NCBI GenBank assembly: GCA_016186495.1
Contig: JACPLO010000004.1
Location: forward strand, 1-63,463
Length of the DNA: 63,463 nt
Source of the DNA: Candidatus Niyogibacteria bacterium
GTDB taxonomy: Bacteria; Patescibacteriota; Minisyncoccia; JACROR01
Reading direction: 5' to 3'
The first letter of the stretch is position 1. The number at the start of each line of letters is the position of its first letter. The notes under the pieces were generated by a model that worked only from the letters and a program-made list of their open reading frames with translations, did not search any database and was not told where the DNA came from. Below, one piece after another: positions 17,132-25,735 of the stretch. Made by a program: the position numbers and the translations under genes.

Positions 17132-17857
17132 ATGATTGAATGTAAAAACATCGCTAAAATTTACAAAAGCGGTCCGCCAGTTGGCGGAATAGAAACTCAC
17201 GCGCTTAAAAATGCTTCGTTCAAGATAGATGACGGCGAGTTTGTGGCGATTATGGGGCCGTCCGGTTCCGGAAAATCAACGCTAATGCATATTATCGGGT
17301 GTTTGGATACGCCGACCAGCGGTGAATATCTTTTAAATGATAAAAATATTTCTAAATTTTCCGATGACGAGCTTGCCGATATTCGGATGCAAAAAATCGG
17401 TTTTGTGTTCCAGTCTTACAATCTATTGCCGCGTTCGACAGTCCTGCGGAATGTAAGCCTGCCGCTGGTCTACGCCGGCGTCAAAAAAGAAGATCGCGAA
17501 AAACGGGCCAAAAAAGCCCTTAGCGCTTCGGCTTTCCCTGAGCAATTCTGGAACCATTATTCCAATCAGCTTTCCGGAGGCATGATGCAAAGAGTTGCCA
17601 TTGCCCGCGCGCTTGTCAACAATCCGGTACTGGTTCTTGCCGACGAACCCACTGGCAATCTTGACACCAAGACCGGCGAAATCGTGCTTAATACTTTTCA
17701 GCGGCTTAACTCTGAACAGAAGCGGACAATAGTGTTGATTACTCATGAACGTTATGTCGCCGAACACGCTGAACGCATTATTCAAATCCGCGACGGGAAC
17801 ATTATTGAAGACAGTCCGGTAAAAAACAGGCGGATTGCCAACCACCGTGATTTTTAA
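17132..17857 (+). CDS. MacB/LolD-type ABC transporter ATP-binding protein
   Basis: Walker [10 protein letters not shown], signature LSGGMMQR, Walker [13 protein letters not shown] and H-loop ITHE. Confidence 0.92.
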   Translation: MIECKNIAKIYKSGPPVGGIETHALKNASFKIDDGEFVAIMGPSGSGKSTLMHIIGCLDTPTSGEYLLNDKNISKFSDDELADIRMQKIGFVFQSYNLLPRSTVLRNVSLPLVYAGVKKEDREKRAKKALSASAFPEQFWNHYSNQLSGGMMQRVAIARALVNNPVLVLADEPTGNLDTKTGEIVLNTFQRLNSEQKRTIVLITHERYVAEHAERIIQIRDGNIIEDSPVKNRRIANHRDF

Positions 17858-17875
17858 AACGGGAAATTAAAAAAT

Positions 17876-19090
17876 ATGAAACTAACTGATATTATTCAAG
17901 AAACCTACATCGCTCTTTCAGCCAATATTGCTCGTTCGGGTTTGACGGTTTTGGGTATTGTCATCGGCATCGGATCGGTAATCGCGATGATTTCAATCGG
18001 CCAGGGCGCGGCGGGACAAATTCAATCAAGTATTGAGGGTCTTGGTTCAAATCTTCTGACCGTGCTGCCCGGCATTGTCCAGCCCGGCCGGGGCATTGTT
18101 TCTTCCGGCCGTGGTTCTGCGCAGACGCTGACGAACGATGACACAGAAGCACTTAAACAGATTATCGGAGTCGCATATGTTTCGCCGGAGCTTCAGCGGC
18201 GTTTCCAAATAGTCGCAGCGGGCAATAATACCAATTCAACCATTATCGGAGTAATCGCAGAGTATCCGCAAGTCCGGAATGTTTCTGTTGAGCAAGGCTC
18301 GTTTATCGCGGAAAACCAGTTGCGCAGTATGGCTCGGGTGGCGGTGTTGGGGCCGACGGTTGCCAAAGATCTTTTTACCGATTCGGACCCGATCGGCAAA
18401 ACCATCCGTATCAATAAAGTCAATTTTAAAGTTATCGGCGTGCTTCAAGCAAAAGGAAGCGCGGGATTCTTTAATCCTGATGACACGGTTTTTGTGCCTC
18501 TGACCACGATGCAGAAAATACTTGCTGGCGCAGATTTTCTTTCAACAATTGCCATAAGCGTGGAAACAAAAGAACTTATGCCCCAAGTTCAAGAAGAAGC
18601 AATCGCCGTACTTGTGGCAAAACACCGCGTTGATTCTCAAAGCCCTGATTTTTCCATTGTTTCGCAAGCCGATATTCTCGGCACGCTGACGCAAGTTACC
18701 GACACATTTACTATATTTCTTGCTGCGGTTGCCGGAATTTCTTTGATCGTGGGCGGTATTGGCATTATGAATATGATGCTGACGACCGTCACGGAAAGAA
18801 CGCGCGAAATCGGGCTTCGCAAAGCTATCGGCGCCAAGAAAAAAGATATCTCAATGCAATTTCTTGCCGAAGCAATTATGCTTACTTTTCTTGGCGGCGC
18901 GGCGGGCGTCGCCCTTGGCTGGATTATCTCTATCTTAGTGGCGAATTTTGCCGGTATTACCACGCAAGTTTCTCTGCAGGCGGTTCTCCTTGCTTTTGGT
19001 GTGTCAGCCGCAATCGGGATTATCTTCGGCTATTATCCGGCAAGACGAGCGGCATCTTTAAATCCGATTGAGGCATTGAAGTATGAATGA
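17876..19090 (+). CDS. MacB-type ABC transporter permease (FtsX family)
   Basis: N-terminal TM, large periplasmic domain and a C-terminal FtsX block (TERTREIGLRKAIGAKKKDI). Confidence 0.9.
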   Translation: MKLTDIIQETYIALSANIARSGLTVLGIVIGIGSVIAMISIGQGAAGQIQSSIEGLGSNLLTVLPGIVQPGRGIVSSGRGSAQTLTNDDTEALKQIIGVAYVSPELQRRFQIVAAGNNTNSTIIGVIAEYPQVRNVSVEQGSFIAENQLRSMARVAVLGPTVAKDLFTDSDPIGKTIRINKVNFKVIGVLQAKGSAGFFNPDDTVFVPLTTMQKILAGADFLSTIAISVETKELMPQVQEEAIAVLVAKHRVDSQSPDFSIVSQADILGTLTQVTDTFTIFLAAVAGISLIVGGIGIMNMMLTTVTERTREIGLRKAIGAKKKDISMQFLAEAIMLTFLGGAAGVALGWIISILVANFAGITTQVSLQAVLLAFGVSAAIGIIFGYYPARRAASLNPIEALKYE

Positions 19091-19138
19091 TAAAAATTTA
19101 AAGGTCAAAAATCAAAATTACAATTTAAAATTAAAAAC

Positions 19139-19543
19139 ATGAAAAAATTACTTATTATTGGAATAGCAGTAATCGTGAGCGGAGGCGCGTTTTATGGAGG
19201 CATGAAGTACGCGGAAAATAAAGCTTTGTCGGATCGCCAGCAAAGGATTCAGCAATTTGGCGGCTCAAGAACGGAATTTCGCAACGGCGGATCGGGAAAT
19301 CGAATTGGCGGCGGATTTGCATCAGGAGAAATTATCGCTAAAGACAACAAAAGCCTGACTGTAAAATTGCAAGACGGCGGTTCAAAAATCATCTTTCTCT
19401 CCGATTCAACCGAAATCACAAAATCGGCGGAAGGCGCTTTGAGCGATCTTGAAATCGGAAAAAATATCTCGGTAAACGGCGCCGCTAATTCAGACGGAAG
19501 CGTTACTGCGCAAATAATTCAGTTGAAACAGCTTGCAAAATAG
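19139..19543 (+). CDS. membrane-anchored/secreted small beta-domain protein (paralogue of 14855..15316)
   Basis: Signal/TM segment, Gly-rich segment, then IIAKDNKSLTVKLQDG..IFLSDSTEI..DLEIGKNISVNG..GSVTAQIIQL. Confidence 0.6.
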   Translation: MKKLLIIGIAVIVSGGAFYGGMKYAENKALSDRQQRIQQFGGSRTEFRNGGSGNRIGGGFASGEIIAKDNKSLTVKLQDGGSKIIFLSDSTEITKSAEGALSDLEIGKNISVNGAANSDGSVTAQIIQLKQLAK

Positions 19544-19630
19544 CAAAAATTCTGCCTTATCTTGTTGACGAATCATTAAAATTAATAAATCATTAAAAGA
19601 AAAATTAAAAATAATAAAGATAATTAAATT

Positions 19631-20407
19631 ATGGATAAAAAAATCAAAAATTATTTAGGTATTGCCGTAATTTCCGGCATCGCGCTTCTGGCGATATCCA
19701 GTTTTTGGTATGTTGATTCTTTTTCTAAATCAATAACTTTGAGTCGCACTTTCTCCGCAAATGGCGAGGGTAAAGTGGCGGCAGTCCCCGATGTTGCTCA
19801 ATTATCATTTGGCGTGCTTACTGAAGGCGGAAAGAATCTGACTAACCTTCAGAAAGAAAATACGGATAAATTGAATAAAGCCATTGCGTTTTTGAAAGAA
19901 AACGGCATTGAAGAAAAAGACATCAAAACTCAGTTCTACGATATTGCGCCTCGTTATAAATATTTTTCTTGCCCGCCGCTATCCGGAGAATCAGCTGTTT
20001 CTTGTCCGCCTTCGGAAATCGTTGGCTACACTATCAATCAAAGTGTCTTGGTGAAGATTCGGGAACTTAATAAAGCGGGAGACGTTGTGGCCGGTGTGGT
20101 GAATAATGGTGCCAACACCGTCTCGGGCTTGTCGTTTACCGTTGACGACCAGACCGAACTGCAAAATCAAGCAAGAGCGAAAGCAATAGCTGAAGCAAAA
20201 AGAAAAGCCAGAGCCATTGCCGAGGCCGGCGGATTCCGCTTGGGAAAACTTATCTCCATAAACGAGAATGGTTCGTTTCCTCTGTCTATGCCGTACGCGC
20301 TGGAGTTTGGCGGAAAAGGCGGAAGCGAAGATTTCCGGAGTGCCGCGCTTGAACCCGGCTCTCAAGAAATCCGCGTAAGCGTGACGCTTATTTATGAAAT
20401 TAGATAG
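19631..20407 (+). CDS. SIMPL-domain (DUF541) periplasmic protein
   Basis: Signal anchor. The blocks VAAVPDVAQLSFGV, GYTINQSVLVKI and ARAKAIAEAKRKARAIAEAGGFRLGKLISI are typical of SIMPL/26-kDa periplasmic antigen proteins. Confidence 0.8.
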   Translation: MDKKIKNYLGIAVISGIALLAISSFWYVDSFSKSITLSRTFSANGEGKVAAVPDVAQLSFGVLTEGGKNLTNLQKENTDKLNKAIAFLKENGIEEKDIKTQFYDIAPRYKYFSCPPLSGESAVSCPPSEIVGYTINQSVLVKIRELNKAGDVVAGVVNNGANTVSGLSFTVDDQTELQNQARAKAIAEAKRKARAIAEAGGFRLGKLISINENGSFPLSMPYALEFGGKGGSEDFRSAALEPGSQEIRVSVTLIYEIR

Positions 20408-20421
20408 AACGCGATAAATAA

Positions 20422-20601
20422 ATGAGTAATAAATTTTCAAAAAATATCCGCGTTTTAATTAAGTTATTAGGAATAATTCTTGCGGGAGCAGCAGTTGCCT
20501 ACTTTTTCAAAAATCAAATCTTCCGTTCTTTTTACGCGCCTACCAAGACAGTGTCATGGTTTAAAGGTATTGAATCAGGACGCGTTCTTTACTTTTTTTA
20601 A
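20422..20601 (+). CDS. possible 59-aa single-TM protein
   Basis: ATG to TAA ORF MSNKFSKNIRVLIKLLGIILAGAAVAYFFKN... fills an otherwise empty gap. No homology evidence. Confidence 0.3.
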   Translation: MSNKFSKNIRVLIKLLGIILAGAAVAYFFKNQIFRSFYAPTKTVSWFKGIESGRVLYFF

Positions 20602-20671
20602 CGTTATGTTAGAGTGTTAAAAAAAAGTTTCTTTTAAAATTTAACCTTAATTAAGAGGAGGGCGAATAATA

Positions 20672-21322
20672 ATGAAGCAAAATATTGAATTATTGGCGGA
20701 GTTTGTTTTTGAATCCGAGAAAATCGCGGGAATTTCTAATGATAAAGAAGAGATAAAAAGGCAGTTTTTAGAGAGTTCCAAAAAATTTTCAGGCCATGTC
20801 GGCGCGATTATTTTTCTTCAGCGGCTGGCCAAAAATAAAAACCGTTTTTTAACGGAAGGAGATGTAAAGAGAGTTAATGAGCTTGTTTTAAAAGAACAGG
20901 CGGAAAAATGGCCAGCGGTTTTAAAATTTAATCAGAAAGCGGCTGGCCAATACATTGATGAAATTATTCCTTCGGACAGATTTTTTATGATTGACAGGAC
21001 AATCTGTTCTCCGCGGCAGGTTGCCGGAAGAATGAGGACATTAATCTCCGAGATTAACGAATGGCAAGAAAATATCCAGTTCGGTTATGTTTATAATTTG
21101 CATAAAATGGCGGATTTTCATTATCAATTCGGTTTAATCCGCCCTTTTATTGACGGAAACGGCCGGACCGGGCGCGCTCTAACTTTATATTTAATGTTTT
21201 TTTCGGATAAGATGCCGTTTGTTTTTAATAATGAAGATATTTATTCATATTATTTAGCTTTTTTTCGCCGCGATGAAGAGTTGATGGAGCAGTATTTTTT
21301 TAAAAAAGCCGGATTGGTTTAA
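20672..21322 (+). CDS. Fic-family protein with degenerate active-site motif
   Basis: GAGGAGGG SD, N-terminal FVFESEKIAG block and core motif RPFIDGNGRTGR. The canonical motif is HPFxDGNGRxxR, so the catalytic His is Arg here. Confidence 0.8.
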   Translation: MKQNIELLAEFVFESEKIAGISNDKEEIKRQFLESSKKFSGHVGAIIFLQRLAKNKNRFLTEGDVKRVNELVLKEQAEKWPAVLKFNQKAAGQYIDEIIPSDRFFMIDRTICSPRQVAGRMRTLISEINEWQENIQFGYVYNLHKMADFHYQFGLIRPFIDGNGRTGRALTLYLMFFSDKMPFVFNNEDIYSYYLAFFRRDEELMEQYFFKKAGLV

Positions 21323-21353
21323 AAAAATACAAAAGAAAAAGAACAATAAAAAT

Positions 21354-21384
21354 AAAAAGCCTGATGTTTCCATCAGGCTTTTAA
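21354..21384. terminator. bidirectional-type intrinsic terminator after the Fic gene
   Basis: AAAAAGCCTGATG-TTTC-CATCAGGCTTTT. Confidence 0.6.
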
Positions 21385-21444
21385 AATGAGAAAAGATCAT
21401 TTTAAAACTTGAAAAGAATATAAATAATTGATACAAATAAAATA

Positions 21445-21927
21445 ATGCCGAAATTTCAGGAAGAAAAAACTTTAATTATCATCAAGCCCGACGCTTTGCA
21501 GAGAAGTCTGCTCGGCGAAATTATCGGCCGTTTTGAAAAAAAAGGCCTGAAAATCATCGGCCTTAAAATGATTCAGCTGGAAGATATTTTATTGGATGAA
21601 CATTACGCTCAACACAAAGATAAGCCGTTTTTCAAATCTCTTAAAAATTTTATGAAATCTTCGCCGGTGGCGGTGATGGCGCTCTCCGGCTTAAACGCCG
21701 TTAGCGCGGTCAGGATTATCGTCGGCCCGACTAAAGGATATGAAGCGGATGCCGGCAGTATCCGGGGAGATCTTTCCATCAGCGGCCAGGCCAATATTGT
21801 CCATGCTTCGGATTCTTCGGCGGCCGCGGAAACGGAAATAAAGAGATTTTTTAAAACCGAAGAATTGTTTAATTATAAAAAAGTGGATTATGAATTCGTT
21901 TACGGCGAAGAAGAAAGAGAAAATTAG
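21445..21927 (+). CDS. ndk: nucleoside-diphosphate kinase
   Basis: TLIIIKPDA, GPTKG..GSIRGD and NIVHASDS (catalytic His). Confidence 0.93.
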   Translation: MPKFQEEKTLIIIKPDALQRSLLGEIIGRFEKKGLKIIGLKMIQLEDILLDEHYAQHKDKPFFKSLKNFMKSSPVAVMALSGLNAVSAVRIIVGPTKGYEADAGSIRGDLSISGQANIVHASDSSAAAETEIKRFFKTEELFNYKKVDYEFVYGEEEREN

Positions 21928-21990
21928 AAGAAAAAATTTCTGGGGATAAGTCTCTTGTAAAAATCCGGCGGCTATGCTAATATGATAATG

Positions 21991-22113
21991 AAAACTTTAC
22001 CCGAAGAACTTATAGATCAAATAATTTTCAAGGGAGCTTAAAATTCTGTTTTGCCGAGGCAAAACAGTGCGAGCACCCACCTGAAAAAAGAGCTGTAAGT
22101 CGGGTAAAGTTTT
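21991..22113 (+). promoter_or_regulatory. structured leader / inverted-repeat element upstream of thiI (class unknown)
   Basis: Perfect 14-bp outer stem AAAACTTTACCCGA (21991..22004) / TCGGGTAAAGTTTT (22100..22113). It encloses a 10-bp inner hairpin CTGTTTTGCC-GA-GGCAAAACAG (22046..22067). A U-run and the thiI ATG (22121) follow. Confidence 0.4.
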
Positions 22114-22120
22114 TTTATTT

Positions 22121-23299
22121 ATGGATCCCATCCAAAAATCCGCGGCCGTAATCCATTATCACGAAATTGCCCTCAAAGGAAAGAATCGCGCTTTTTTTGA
22201 AAAAACGCTGATGGCGAACATTGAGCGGATGATGGAAAAAAAAATCGGAGTGCGGCGCATTTCCGGCCGTTTGTTGGCGGAAATCGCCGGCGGCCCTGGC
22301 CAGCAAAAACAAAAAGAGATTTTAAGCCGCGTTTTCGGCATAAAAAATTTTGCTTTTGCCAGAATCGCGCCGGCGGAAATTTCGGTTATCTCCGAAGCCG
22401 CCGCCTCTTTTTTTAAAAAGCCTTATCCGGCGTCGTTCAGGATTGAAGCTTCGCGCGCCGAAAAAAAATATCCTTTTACTTCCCAGGATTTAATGGAAAA
22501 AGCCGGCGCTTTTGTTCAGCAAAAAACGGGAATAAAAGTTGATTTAAAAAATCCGAAGCGTGTGATTTTTATAGAAGTGGCGGAAAACGCGGCGTTTATT
22601 TACGATCAAAAATTTTCCGGGCCGGGCGGTCTGCCGGTGGGCACCGCCGGCCGGGTGGCGGCGCTGATTTCTTCCGGTTTTGATTCGCCGGTGGCCGCGC
22701 TAAAAATAATGAAGCGGGGCGCTGAACCGGCTTTAATTCATTTCCATTCGTACCCCCGGACTTCGCGCGAATCTCTGGAGAATGCGGAAAAACTGGCCGG
22801 CGTTTTATCCCGATATAGTCCTCAACCGCTGAAATTATATCTTATCCCGTTTTTGGAAATTCAGAAGGCGATCGTCAAAAGAGCGCCAACCGCTTTTTTA
22901 ACCATTCTTTACCGGCGTTGGATGTTAAAAATTGCCGAGATGATTGCGGAAAAAATCAACGCGAAAGCGCTGGTGACCGGCGATTCCATCGGCCAAGTGG
23001 CTTCCCAGACTTTGGATAACATCTTGGCTGTTTCCGAAGCAGTCAGTCTGCCGATTTTACGGCCGCTCGCGGGCTATGATAAGGAAGAAATAATCGCGGA
23101 AGCGCGGCGTTTGGGCACTTATGAAATTTCCGCGCTTCCTTACGGCGACTGCTGCAGTCTTTTTGCCGATGCTTCGCCAAAAACCCGCGCCAGACTGGCA
23201 GAGGTCCAAAAAATTGAAGCGCCGCTTAAAGAGGAGCTTGAAAAACTGGCTCAAAAAGCGCTGGCTCAAGAGGAATTAAAAATAATTATGTTATCATAA
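22121..23299 (+). CDS. thiI: tRNA 4-thiouridine synthase ThiI (no rhodanese domain)
   Basis: THUMP region plus PP-loop LISSGFDSPVAA and GDSIGQVASQT. Confidence 0.9.
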   Translation: MDPIQKSAAVIHYHEIALKGKNRAFFEKTLMANIERMMEKKIGVRRISGRLLAEIAGGPGQQKQKEILSRVFGIKNFAFARIAPAEISVISEAAASFFKKPYPASFRIEASRAEKKYPFTSQDLMEKAGAFVQQKTGIKVDLKNPKRVIFIEVAENAAFIYDQKFSGPGGLPVGTAGRVAALISSGFDSPVAALKIMKRGAEPALIHFHSYPRTSRESLENAEKLAGVLSRYSPQPLKLYLIPFLEIQKAIVKRAPTAFLTILYRRWMLKIAEMIAEKINAKALVTGDSIGQVASQTLDNILAVSEAVSLPILRPLAGYDKEEIIAEARRLGTYEISALPYGDCCSLFADASPKTRARLAEVQKIEAPLKEELEKLAQKALAQEELKIIMLS

Positions 23300-23307
23300 A
23301 ATTACTT

Positions 23308-24663
23308 ATGATTAAATTGACTTTTTATGGCGGAGCGCAGGAAGTGACGGGCAGCTGTTTTCTTTTAGAGAGCGCTAAAACAAAAATTCTCGTGGATTGC
23401 GGAATGTGGCAGGGCCGCGCCGAAGACGATAAAAAAAATCGCGCGCCTTTTAATTTTAATCCTTCGGAAATCGCGGCGCTTTTTATCACTCACGCCCATT
23501 TAGACCATATCGGCCGCGTTCCTTATCTGGTTAAAAATGGTTTCCGGGGGAAAATTTATTCAATCGCTCCGACCAAGGATCTTTCCGAAATCAGTTTAAA
23601 AGACGCGCTCGGCCTTTTAGAAAGGAGCGACGAAAAAAATTCGGCGGGAGAGATTTTTTTTGAACAAAAAGATTTAGATGAATCTTTAAAGCTTTGGTTT
23701 AATTTAAATTACAATCAAGAATTAAAGATCGGCGATTTTAAAGTCACGCCGCGCGACGCCGGGCATATTTTGGGTTCCAGTATGTATGAAATTACGGCGG
23801 ACGGCAAAAAAATCGTTGTGACCGGCGATCTGGGAAACCCTCCGGCGCCGCTTTTGCAACCCACTTACATTATAAAAGACGCTGATTATCTGGTGATGGA
23901 AGGAATTTATGGAAACCGCTGGCATGAAGGCAAAACAGAACGCCGATTGAAGCTGGAACGGACAATTGAAGAAACAATCAAAGCCGGCGGCGTGCTGATG
24001 GTGCCGGCATTTTCTTTAGAAAGGACGCAGGAGCTTTTGTTTGAACTGAATGATTTGGTGGAAAATGATCGTATTCCAAAGATACCGATTTTTGTGGATT
24101 CGCCTTTAGCGATTAAAATGACCGAGGTTTATAAAAAACACGAAGATTATTTTAATAAAGAAGCCGCGTATTTGATTTCTTCTGGAGACGATATTTTTAA
24201 ATTTTCGGGATTGCGTTTTACTTTAACCACCGAAGAATCAAAAAACATTAATGAAGCGCTGCCGCCAAAAATCATTATCGCCGGATCGGGGATGTCAACC
24301 GGCGGCCGGATTCTTCATCATGAAAGGCGTTATCTTCAAGATCCGAAAAGCGCTTTATTGATTATCGGCTTTCAAGCCGCCGGCTCTTTGGGCCGCCGGC
24401 TGCAGGAAGGAGAAAAAAAGATAACGATTTTCAAGGAACAAATTCCGGTGCGCGCTAAAATAGTTTCCATCAGCGGTTATTCGGCTCATCCGGATTACGA
24501 CGGACTTTTTCGTTTTGCGGAGAATTCCGCCGATACTTTGAAAAAAGTTTTTATCGCTCCCGGCGAACCGCAAGCCGCGCTTTTTTTGGTTCAACGCTTA
24601 AGAGATTATTTAGGCATCAGAGCCAGCGCGCCTAAATACGGAGATTGTTTTGAATTGAAGTGA
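23308..24663 (+). CDS. beta-CASP family MBL-fold RNA-processing nuclease
   Basis: HAHLDHIG (HxHxDH), the DAGHILGS, TGDLG and ESPLA motifs, and a C-terminal SGYSAHPD beta-CASP/RMMBL block. Confidence 0.85.
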   Translation: MIKLTFYGGAQEVTGSCFLLESAKTKILVDCGMWQGRAEDDKKNRAPFNFNPSEIAALFITHAHLDHIGRVPYLVKNGFRGKIYSIAPTKDLSEISLKDALGLLERSDEKNSAGEIFFEQKDLDESLKLWFNLNYNQELKIGDFKVTPRDAGHILGSSMYEITADGKKIVVTGDLGNPPAPLLQPTYIIKDADYLVMEGIYGNRWHEGKTERRLKLERTIEETIKAGGVLMVPAFSLERTQELLFELNDLVENDRIPKIPIFVDSPLAIKMTEVYKKHEDYFNKEAAYLISSGDDIFKFSGLRFTLTTEESKNINEALPPKIIIAGSGMSTGGRILHHERRYLQDPKSALLIIGFQAAGSLGRRLQEGEKKITIFKEQIPVRAKIVSISGYSAHPDYDGLFRFAENSADTLKKVFIAPGEPQAALFLVQRLRDYLGIRASAPKYGDCFELK

Positions 24664-24682
24664 AATATGCTATTATTTATAT

Positions 24683-25258
24683 ATGAAGCCCGGAAAACAT
24701 TCCCATTTAAAATTTAAAATTTGCGTTTCCGGCGCGGCGGAAACCGGCCATTGCGCCGAAGACTCTCTGGAAAAAGCCAAAGAATTGGGCCGGGAAGTGG
24801 TCAGGCATAAAGCGGTTCTGATAACCGGCGCCACGACCGGTTTTCCTTTTTGGGCCGCGATGGGCGCTAAAGAAGAAGGCGGCATTTCCATCGGCCTTTC
24901 TCCGGCCGGATCGGAGTTTGAGCATATTAACCAATATAAACTGCCGGTTGATTATTTTGATATAATTGTTTATACCGGCTTCGGCTACGCGGGGCGCAAT
25001 CTTCTTTTAACCAGATCCGCGGACGCGGTAATCGTGGGTTGCGGGCGGATCGGCACGCTTAATGAATTTACCATTGCTTTTGAGGATAATAAGCCGATCG
25101 GTATTCTTGAAGGATCGTGGGAAACCGATGAATTGATTAAAGATATAATCGCCAAATCTCATCGCGGCCCGGGTAAAATCATTTATGATTCCGACCCGAA
25201 AATTTTAGTGGAAAAAGTTTTAGATTTAGTGAGAAAAGAAAAAGTAATAGAAATATAA
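24683..25258 (+). CDS. TIGR00725/LOG-like (SLOG) Rossmann-fold protein
   Basis: ICVSGAA..., VLITGATTG, GISIGLSP, AVIVGCGRIGTLNEF pattern. Confidence 0.65.
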   Translation: MKPGKHSHLKFKICVSGAAETGHCAEDSLEKAKELGREVVRHKAVLITGATTGFPFWAAMGAKEEGGISIGLSPAGSEFEHINQYKLPVDYFDIIVYTGFGYAGRNLLLTRSADAVIVGCGRIGTLNEFTIAFEDNKPIGILEGSWETDELIKDIIAKSHRGPGKIIYDSDPKILVEKVLDLVRKEKVIEI

Positions 25259-25270
25259 ATTAAAATTATT

Positions 25271-25735
25271 ATGGATGATTTAAGTTTACGAATAATTTTT
25301 CAAATAATTTTAGCGGCTTTGCTGGGACTTTTAATCGGATATGAAAGAGAACATTCTCATAAGGAAGCGGGGACGAGGACTTATTCTTTGATCGCGATGG
25401 GCGCGGCGCTTTTTACCATCCTTTCTTATGAAGGATTAAGAAATTTTTCCGGTTTATCTTTTGATCCGTCGCGGATCGCTTCCAATATCGTGATCGGCGT
25501 CGGTTTTATCGGCGGGGGATTGATTTTTCTGAAAAACAACCGAGTCAGCGGTTTAACGACGGCCGCCGGCGTTTGGGCAACGGCGGCGATCGGCATGGCC
25601 GTTGGTTTTCAGATGTATTGGGTGGCGTTTGCTTCCACTGTTCTGGTTTTAACGATTTTATTCGTGCTTTGGCTGCTTGAAAAAAAATTAACGAACATAA
25701 AAAATGACGAAGAAAACGGTGGGAATAATTTCTGA
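25271..25735 (+). CDS. MgtC/SapB-family membrane protein
   Basis: LLIGYEREHSHKEAGTRTYSLIAMGAALF and GLTTAAGVWATAAIGMAVG motifs. Confidence 0.85.
   Translation: MDDLSLRIIFQIILAALLGLLIGYEREHSHKEAGTRTYSLIAMGAALFTILSYEGLRNFSGLSFDPSRIASNIVIGVGFIGGGLIFLKNNRVSGLTTAAGVWATAAIGMAVGFQMYWVAFASTVLVLTILFVLWLLEKKLTNIKNDEENGGNNF

Noticed and set aside
21991-22113. TPP (thiamine) riboswitch upstream of thiI
   Set aside because: The conserved CUGAGA and the ACCUGAUCUGGAUAAUGCC-type core are absent, and only a short ACCUGA string is present. The element is kept as an unclassified structured element instead.
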